Origin: a virus | IMG/VR virus record: IMGVR_UViG_3300025154_000063 | Location: 1 to 64,000 of that record | Length of the DNA: 64,000 nt | Reading direction: 5' to 3' (one strand) | Shown here: one piece after another, positions 43,170 to 48,555 of the stretch | How the letters are laid out: each line of letters begins with the position of its first letter | Position numbering within the stretch: the stretch's first letter is position 1 | Made by a program: the position numbers and the translations under genes | The notes under the pieces: model-generated | Database searches by the model: none | What the model was told of the DNA's origin: nothing | What the model saw: the letters and a program-made list of their open reading frames with translations, nothing else

Positions 43170-43312
43170 GCATCCCGTCAAGGTCGGATTGCCATCATTC
43201 TCTACTTTGTCTCAGGTAGGGTTTCTACATACTGCCTATAATCAGTACCCACCATTGCTCGCCTTGGCCTTTATTGACATTTCAAAGAATGGACGCAGGA
43301 CAGACTTGTCCT
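43170..43312 (-). ncRNA. Candidate structured RNA between tRNA-Lys and tRNA-Tyr
   Basis: GCGTCC/GGATGC, GTCAA/TTGAC, GGTGGG/CCTACC, TACTG/CAGTA stems; no credible ORF. Confidence 0.4.
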
Positions 43313-43320
43313 TGTCACTG

Positions 43321-43394
43321 TGACCCTGAGAGGATTTGCACCTCCAACCCTCCGCTTAAAAGGCGGTTGCAATATCTACTCTTGCTACAAGGCC
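43321..43394 (-). tRNA. tRNA-Lys(TTT)
   Basis: CCGC-CTTTTAA-GCGG. Confidence 0.85.
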
Positions 43395-43399
43395 GTAAG

Positions 43400-43472
43400 T
43401 GCTCCCAGCAGAGTCTGAGTCTGCATTAGATGATTAAGAGTCACCTACATTTTCCGTTTATGTTATGGAAGC
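43400..43472 (-). tRNA. tRNA-Lys(CTT)
   Basis: GGTGA-CTCTTAA-TCATC; divergent T loop. Confidence 0.75.
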
Positions 43473-43853
43473 AAGTTTTATTTTTTGTTTATATTCTTTA
43501 TTATGTTTTGATTTTGTTGTAACACACTCAATGCAACGACAATATCTATAAGAAGATAATGTACCATGAGTATTTTTTGCATTACTTCTTCCTAGGTTTG
43601 ACAATGTTTTTTCTATGTGACAATCTACACATAATAATTGACATTTTTCTAACTCAATAATAAGACTTTTAATTGAGCCAACCAGCATATCTGATATGTT
43701 TTTATTTTTTGTGTTTGGGTCAATGTGGTCAAACTCTAACCCTTTATCAGAACCACAAATAGTACATACATTTCCAAGCTGTTTTTCTGCCCATGCTCTT
43801 CTAGCAGCATATCTTGTATTCATATATACTCGCATATACTCATTAGTTGACAT
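43458..43853 (-). CDS. HNH endonuclease within the tRNA array
   Basis: CTICG...LEFDHIDP...KCQLLCVDCH, HGT-x-x-x-Y-x-x-CRC-x-x-C. Confidence 0.85.
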   Translation of the reverse strand: MSTNEYMRVYMNTRYAARRAWAEKQLGNVCTICGSDKGLEFDHIDPNTKNKNISDMLVGSIKSLIIELEKCQLLCVDCHIEKTLSNLGRSNAKNTHGTLSSYRYCRCIECVTTKSKHNKEYKQKIKLASIT

Positions 43854-43885
43854 ATAAGCTCCAACACTAATTTACTAAACTTAAG

Positions 43886-43958
43886 TATTGTTGAGTGGAG
43901 TCGAACCACCAACCAGCTGGATATAAGCCAGATGCTCTAACCATTGAGCTACAACAAT
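43886..43958 (-). tRNA. tRNA-Ile(TAT)
   Basis: CTGG-CTTATAT-CCAG; A73. Confidence 0.85.
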
Positions 43959-43969
43959 ATATTACAAGG

Positions 43970-44041
43970 CGGCTCGTACGGGTACTGACCCCGCTACCAT
44001 CCGCTCGACAGGCGGGCGCTCTTCCGGTGAGCTAACAAGCC
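43970..44041 (-). tRNA. tRNA-Asp(GTC)
   Basis: CCGC-CTGTCGA-GCGG; G73. Confidence 0.85.
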
Positions 44042-44054
44042 AATTAACTTACTT

Positions 44055-44087
44055 ATTAATTATACAGCATGTAAAGCCCTTTGTCAA
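44055..44087 (-). promoter_or_regulatory. Internal promoter of the tRNA array
   Basis: TTGACA-17-TATAAT-TAAT. Confidence 0.85.
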
Positions 44088-44102
44088 GGGGCAATTTCAA
44101 AG

Positions 44103-44182
44103 TGCCTGTTGAGGGAGTCGAACCCACATTCACAGCTCCGTTTACGTATAGTAGTTTAGGAAACTACCTCGGCTAAACAGGC
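44103..44182 (-). ncRNA. tRNA-Arg(CCT)-like RNA lacking a D arm, same architecture as 40099..40175
   Basis: GCCTGTT/AACAGGC, 8-nt connector, GTAGT-TTCCTAA-ACTAC, region with GTAAACGGA, T arm. Confidence 0.75.
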
Positions 44183-44186
44183 AAAT

Positions 44187-44219
44187 AAAAAGAGAGCTAA
44201 CTTTAGTAAGCTAGCTCTC
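44187..44219 (-). terminator. Intrinsic terminator
   Basis: GAGAGCTAGCTT-ACTA-AAGTTAGCTCTC then TTTTT. Confidence 0.8.
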
Positions 44220-44261
44220 ATGGTTGCCGTTCCCTAATACGGCAAAGAAAAGTTTTGCTTA

Positions 44262-44375
44262 CTACTTGGTAATATCCATGAGTGTCCCTTGTTCATAGGC
44301 AATACCAAATATAATGGTCTGTGTATCTTGACCATCTAATCTATACTCACCTATGCGTTTATCAAAGTTACTCAT
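44262..44375 (-). CDS. 37-aa small ORF
   Basis: GGAG SD; MSNFDKRIGEYRLDGQDTQTIIFGIAYEQGTLMDITK, ends TAG TAA. Confidence 0.5.
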   Translation of the reverse strand: MSNFDKRIGEYRLDGQDTQTIIFGIAYEQGTLMDITK

Positions 44376-44466
44376 TAAATACTCCTAGATATATTCATCT
44401 TCTTTAAATCGCCACAACACAGCGGCGAGTCTTCTTGATATAATTACTACAATCACAAAGCATAAC

Positions 44467-44802
44467 TTATTGAGCATTGGCTATCCTTAGTAAAACATCT
44501 TGCATGGAGTTACACCTGTTGTCACCAAATTTCAAGGGAATGCAATGACACCCTATACAAAATATTGTATCAACATTATGGTCATTATGTGGGGCTACTT
44601 TATAACCATATAACATTGAACCATTACACATGTAATAATGAGACACAATAATTGGTATTTCTTCTATCAACACACTTCCAAGATAAAACTCTCGCAACAA
44701 AGAATTTATAGTCTCTATATTCTCAACCCATGTTTTGCGAGTTTGAATAGATAGTTGAGGTTTTGTAAACGGTGTTTTTATTTCCACCACCTCTAGGAAC
44801 AT
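44467..44802 (-). CDS. Hypothetical protein
   Basis: ORF with SD inside the tRNA island. Confidence 0.5.
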   Translation of the reverse strand: MFLEVVEIKTPFTKPQLSIQTRKTWVENIETINSLLREFYLGSVLIEEIPIIVSHYYMCNGSMLYGYKVAPHNDHNVDTIFCIGCHCIPLKFGDNRCNSMQDVLLRIANAQ

Positions 44803-44841
44803 ATCTTGCCCCTTTCAACCTGATAATATAAAACATAATAG

Positions 44842-44912
44842 TGGAGCTAAGAGGAGTCGAACCTCCGTCAGATGCGTGCAAGGCAACTGTAATCCCGTTA
44901 TACGACAGCCCC
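44842..44912 (-). tRNA. tRNA-Ala(TGC)
   Basis: Loop CTTGCAC; G3.U70 present. Confidence 0.9.
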
Positions 44913-44923
44913 AGACTTACTAG

Positions 44924-44995
44924 CTCACCTACGTGGATTTGCACCACGAACCCTTCGGGTAACAGCCGAGCGCTCTACTATTGAGCTATAAGTGA
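44924..44995 (-). tRNA. tRNA-Asn(GTT)
   Basis: TCGG-CTGTTAC-CCGA. Confidence 0.88.
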
Positions 44996-45224
44996 ATATG
45001 GTTACTTACATAATTCTTCATATTTCCATTTAAATTCTTGAAGTGCTGTTACTGCAACTTTCAAGGTGGCATTATGTTCTTCTAATGCTACAATGTAATT
45101 CTTTATTACTACGGCTAATTTCTGGTCAAGAACATAGGCAAGTGCTATATTAGCTTTTTCTCTTTCTACTGACAATTGCTCTTCTGCCATCACATTTCTC
45201 CTGTACAAGTTTATACTACTAAGG

Positions 45225-45296
45225 CAGTCCTGAATGGATTTGCACCACTAACCTTATGCTTCAAAGGCATCTGCTCTGCTGTTGAGCTACAAGACT
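45225..45296 (-). tRNA. tRNA-Gln(TTG)
   Basis: ATGC-CTTTGAA-GCAT. Confidence 0.85.
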
Positions 45297-45302
45297 ATAA
45301 GG

Positions 45303-45374
45303 CGGGAAAGGTGGGAGTTGCACCCACATCTTGCAGTTTTGGAGACTGTTATCCTGCTATTAAACGACTCGCCC
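45303..45374 (-). tRNA. tRNA-Trp(CCA)
   Basis: CAGT-CTCCAAA-ACTG. Confidence 0.85.
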
Positions 45375-45375
45375 G

Positions 45376-45449
45376 TGGAGTATGGTAGGGATTTACACCC
45401 AATTTTACTATCAACCAATTACGGTCAATCTACGCCTATACGCTCATAC
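45376..45449 (-). ncRNA. Anticodon-less tRNA-like RNA with encoded CCA
   Basis: GTATG/CATAC-T-CCA, mini hairpin, ATTGACC-GTAATT-GGTTGAT, GGG-TGTAAAT-CCC. Confidence 0.5.
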
Positions 45450-45452
45450 AAG

Positions 45453-45522
45453 TAGCGGGTGAGAGAGTTGCACTCTCAGGGTCAGGCTTATGAGGCCTGT
45501 TGTCAACTGCTGACTACCCGCT
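45453..45522 (-). tRNA. tRNA-Met(CAT), reduced D arm
   Basis: CAGGC-CTCATAA-GCCTG; AGCGGGT/ACCCGCT. Confidence 0.75.
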
Positions 45523-45582
45523 ATGCTGGTGTCCCCTATATGAGGACACTGAATATCTTTTGTACACATGGTACATAGACTG

Positions 45583-45655
45583 AGCCGCAGGTCAGAACTG
45601 CCCTGACAACCATCCGCTTACAAGGCGGGCGCTCTACTAATTGAGCTACAACGGC
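45583..45655 (-). tRNA. tRNA-Thr(TGT)
   Basis: CCGC-CTTGTAA-GCGG. Confidence 0.85.
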
Positions 45656-45849
45656 ATATTAACTTCTTCTACTTCTGAGAGGTCAATTATATTCTCGTGG
45701 TTAATTGCACCCCAACGAAAGTAATCGTGACCACCATCAACAAACACTTCGCCACACTTACAGCTTACCCAATCATGCCTATAATGACTTTCAATGACAT
45801 CACTACACAGCTTGCACTGCACCCTGTTATGAATAATATTTGTCGTCAT
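45646..45849 (-). CDS. Small Zn-ribbon phage protein
   Basis: CKLC-x-DVIES..RHD...CKCG-x-VFVDGG; GGAGG SD. Confidence 0.65.
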   Translation of the reverse strand: MTTNIIHNRVQCKLCSDVIESHYRHDWVSCKCGEVFVDGGHDYFRWGAINHENIIDLSEVEEVNMPL

Positions 45850-45876
45850 ATTGCCTCCTGTGTTGATAAATAAAGG

Positions 45877-45948
45877 TCGAGGAAAGTGGAGTTGCACCAC
45901 CATTTTCTCGCTTCCAAAGCGAGGCTCTTGCTTTTAGAGGACTCCTCG
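45877..45948 (-). tRNA. tRNA-Pro(TGG)
   Basis: CTCGC-TTTGGAA-GCGAG; C1-G72, A73. Confidence 0.85.
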
Positions 45949-46002
45949 ATAGGGGGGTATTATCCCGCCAACCACATAGTGGACGGAGGTACAACACCCA
46001 AG

Positions 46003-46075
46003 AGTTCGGTGTGGGAGTCGAACCCACCAATTACCCTTTTGCAGAGGGCAGCCTAAGCCGCTTGGCATACCGAGC
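46003..46075 (-). tRNA. tRNA-Cys(GCA)
   Basis: GCCCT-CTGCAAA-AGGGT; U73. Confidence 0.9.
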
Positions 46076-46081
46076 ATACTG

Positions 46082-46153
46082 TGCCACCGACTGGTATCGA
46101 GCCAGTCTGGCCTGCTTTTCAGACAGGAGCTAATCCGTCTCAGCTACAGTGGC
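46082..46153 (-). tRNA. tRNA-Phe(GAA)
   Basis: CCTGT-CTGAAAA-GCAGG. Confidence 0.88.
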
Positions 46154-46161
46154 ATATTATT

Positions 46162-46413
46162 AAAGAGGTATCCGAAGCACGGGTAATACCCTCTTTGTCG
46201 TGGTCTTTTACACCACATGCTCGACTTTTCATTTAGAACCATTCCAACGCTGGTAAACTGCTGGCTGACTAGAGGTTAGGTGAATTGCGTGTCATGCTCA
46301 CACCTGTCGTACCTTATTGGACTCCATACAATAAAGTAGTTGCCTTTGTGTCCTTACAGTTTTTAGAGACTACCCTTTTCTGACACTCACCCTTTCGGGA
46401 AGTTGGATGATTC
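46162..46413 (-). ncRNA. Candidate ~180-250-nt multi-stem RNA
   Basis: GAATCAT-CCAAC/GTTGG-A-ATGGTTC closing, CCC-GAAA-GGG, CTTTATTG/CAATAAGG, AGGTG/CACCT, plus two 3' hairpins. Confidence 0.5.
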
Positions 46414-46467
46414 TTAGAACCCATTAGTAGTGGATTCTACGAACAGAGCTGTGCCTAGTGAACAAGG

Positions 46468-46554
46468 CGGAGCAGGAGAGAGTCGAACTCCCAATGCCTT
46501 TAACAGCGAATTCGTTTTCAAGACGGGTTTCGTCACCATTCGATTTGCTGCTCC
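46468..46554 (-). tRNA. tRNA-Ser(TGA)
   Basis: Loop CTTGAAA, long variable arm, G73. Confidence 0.85.
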
Positions 46555-46684
46555 GTATTTATATCCTGAGACTCCCGCTTCTCCACTCAGGTTTGCACCA
46601 TGCACAGGCTGTATCATCCGTGCTATTATAGCCATTGCTGTGATGCAGTTTTATTTTATATAGCGTCTATCTAAACTAATACAG

Positions 46685-46771
46685 AGGAGAAGAAAGGATT
46701 TGAACCTTCGGGGGATTTCTCCCCTCCCGCTTTCTAGGCGGGTGCATTAAGCCAGACTCTGCCACCTCTCC
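46685..46771 (-). tRNA. tRNA-Ser(AGA)
   Basis: CCCGC-CTAGAAA-GCGGG, Ser-type D arm and long variable arm. Confidence 0.85.
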
Positions 46772-46782
46772 GAATTACCAAA

Positions 46783-46905
46783 TGGCCTTGCGGGAGTCAA
46801 ACCCGCCTTCCGATTAGCCGCATTATCGTTGTACTAGTAAGCGTGCACACTCGCTAGCCTTACGAAGTCAGCAGGGTCTCAGTGTGCTTCGTACACTAAA
46901 CGCCC
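46783..46905 (-). ncRNA. tRNA-like RNA with anticodon arm replaced by ~73-nt irregular helix
   Basis: Acceptor GGCGTT/AAGGCC, D arm GTGT/GCAC, T arm GCGGG-TTTGACT-CCCGC, nested CTGA/TCGG, CTGC/GCGG, TCGT/ACGA, GCTAG/CTAGT. Confidence 0.6.
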
Positions 46906-46921
46906 ATGTGAAACTTACAGG

Positions 46922-47006
46922 CTGAGAATAAGGGAATTGAACCCCTGCGTCCTTGCGGGCGACTACGGTTTAGCAAACCGTTGCATTACCTCTCTGCCAA
47001 TTCTCA
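46922..47006 (-). tRNA. tRNA-Ser(GCT)
   Basis: ACGGT-TTGCTAA-ACCGT, long variable arm. Confidence 0.9.
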
Positions 47007-47009
47007 AAG

Positions 47010-47060
47010 CTGGGTGGAGGGAGTCCCACCCTCTGCTGCCGTGTTACAAGACACCACCCA
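47010..47060 (-). ncRNA. ~50-nt mini tRNA-like RNA
   Basis: TGGGTG/CACCCA stacked on GAGGG-TGGGACT-CCCTC plus one small arm. Confidence 0.5.
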
Positions 47061-47065
47061 TAAGG

Positions 47066-47139
47066 TGCTTAACCTCTGATTCGAACAGAGAACCTTCCGT
47101 GTATCAGACGGGTGCGCTGACCAATTGCGCCAGTCAAGC
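47066..47139 (-). tRNA. tRNA-Ile(GAT)
   Basis: CCGT-CTGATAC-ACGG. Confidence 0.9.
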
Positions 47140-47153
47140 ATTTTTATTACAAG

Positions 47154-47226
47154 TGCCCATAGAAGGACTCGCACCCTCAACCCTCTGTGTGTAGGACAGA
47201 CGCTCTAACTGTTGAGCTATATAGGC
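47154..47226 (-). tRNA. tRNA-Val(TAC)
   Basis: TCTGT-CCTACAC-ACAGA (C33). Confidence 0.85.
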
Positions 47227-47232
47227 ATAATA

Positions 47233-47313
47233 CTCAGTTCCTGACCTATTAGATGAAGACCCATTTGTGCTGTTCCTGCACGAGCCTACGGGAGTCGAAC
47301 CCGCATTACTGAG
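47233..47313 (-). ncRNA. Circularly permuted tRNA-Glu-like RNA (YrlA-like topology)
   Basis: CTCAGT/ACTGAG closing, GCGGG-TTCGACT-CCCGT, AGGCTC/GGGTCT capped by GTGC/GCAC hairpin, D arm ATCT-AATAGGTC-AGGA. Confidence 0.75.
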
Positions 47314-47316
47314 GTG

Positions 47317-47389
47317 AGCCAAAGGTGGGAGTCGAACCCACAGCTGCTTACTTACCAAGTAAGAATTCTACCACATGAATTTCTTCGGC
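47317..47389 (-). tRNA. tRNA-Thr(GGT)
   Basis: CTTAC-TTGGTAA-GTAAG. Confidence 0.88.
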
Positions 47390-47400
47390 TTATTATAAGG

Positions 47401-47474
47401 TCAGGTAGGTGGGACGTGCGCCCACTTTCTCCGGTTCACAGCCGGCCACATTACTACTTATGCTACTACCATGA
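47401..47474 (-). tRNA. tRNA-His(GTG)
   Basis: CCGG-CTGTGAA-CCGG; irregular acceptor and T loop. Confidence 0.75.
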
Positions 47475-47504
47475 TGGGGTACAAACTTGTACTGAATTAA
47501 CTAT

Positions 47505-47539
47505 ACATTAATTATACACTATTATAAAGCTTTTGTCAA
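47505..47539 (-). promoter_or_regulatory. Promoter heading the tRNA array
   Basis: TTGACA-17-TATAAT-TAATGT. Confidence 0.85.
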
Positions 47540-47658
47540 GTACCAATTTTACAGGATTAAATCGGCGACTACTACAATCATTTTGTTTATATTATTGTAA
47601 TGGCTCACAGAAATTAATCCATGAGCCACTAATAATATATTGGTTAATTAAATATCTG

Positions 47659-48555
47659 TTAACCTTTAAGGATAAGTGGGCCGTCAGCCGGCTTCTGATG
47701 AAGTGCTTTCAGCACAATCTCCCTATTATTAATATCCCTATTCTCCACAGACATTTCTTCAATACGGGCTCTTACGTTTGACCAACCATACGTGCGCTCA
47801 CGAAAGAAATATATGTCTTCCGCCTTGTTACAAATAGCCGACAGTAATGGCTTAGTGTTATAACTAGCACAGTGCTCGAACGGCGACATGTGATTATCTT
47901 TCTTAAGACGCTTAGTTAAAGCAACTGCCTTCTCTTTATCGTTCCCTTCGCTACCAAGTGACAAGCGAGCTATGCGACCCACGGCAACGAAGTAGTCTTC
48001 TCCGTCCTCTGCCAGCGGGTAGTGATTAAAGTTAACATCCCATTTGATTCCTTTTATCTGCTCCCGCATCATATGTGCCACCCTCTGCATGGCTGTGTCG
48101 GCTTGCAGCGAGTCTCGAAGCATGAGCATCTTGCGCCAAGCATCCTCAGTACCAGTAAGCATTCCACGCATCATCTTAAATGTCGGTAAAACCCTATTGG
48201 CTTGTTCCCTACTTACTCCCAGAGCGGTAAGCTGCTCGACGGCTTTTACAGCGTGTGCCCATGCTGTCTCCCATATCTGCATAGCAATGGAAGAGTCATC
48301 AAGATTAAGCAAGTGTGAAACCCCCTCTTTATCTTTGTTCGTCCAGAATACTTGGGGGTTATAGTGCCCCATGGCAACATGCTTATTTGCACTCTGGTAA
48401 CGGCTTGATGAGGCATTCCTAGCAAACCTCTTATGTGTTAATAGCTCCATCCAGATGTACGCAGGTACATCAAGTACCATGGAGATTAAACCATTGGGAG
48501 CATTCTCAAACCCTCTGGTTGCTTTTACTACTGTTGCACTTATGTTCTCACTCAT
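47659..48555 (-). CDS. thyX: Flavin-dependent thymidylate synthase-like protein
   Basis: ELLTHKRFARNASSSR, REQANRVLP, HMSPFEH. Confidence 0.75.
   Translation of the reverse strand: MSENISATVVKATRGFENAPNGLISMVLDVPAYIWMELLTHKRFARNASSSRYQSANKHVAMGHYNPQVFWTNKDKEGVSHLLNLDDSSIAMQIWETAWAHAVKAVEQLTALGVSREQANRVLPTFKMMRGMLTGTEDAWRKMLMLRDSLQADTAMQRVAHMMREQIKGIKWDVNFNHYPLAEDGEDYFVAVGRIARLSLGSEGNDKEKAVALTKRLKKDNHMSPFEHCASYNTKPLLSAICNKAEDIYFFRERTYGWSNVRARIEEMSVENRDINNREIVLKALHQKPADGPLILKG

Noticed and set aside
46685-46771. Amber suppressor (CTA) reading of loop CTAGAAA, implying TAG recoding
   Set aside because: With the 5-bp stem the central triplet is AGA; conserved genes are intact in code 11 and TAG, TAA and TGA all serve as stops
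46783-46905. tmRNA
   Set aside because: Too short, no tag ORF, no G3.U70, and it retains a D stem
42891-47511. ORF-track calls overlapping tRNAs (42891, 43033, 44723, 45176, 45827, 46414, 46430, 46937, 47134, 47314)
   Set aside because: They are translations of tRNA/ncRNA sequence without SD sites
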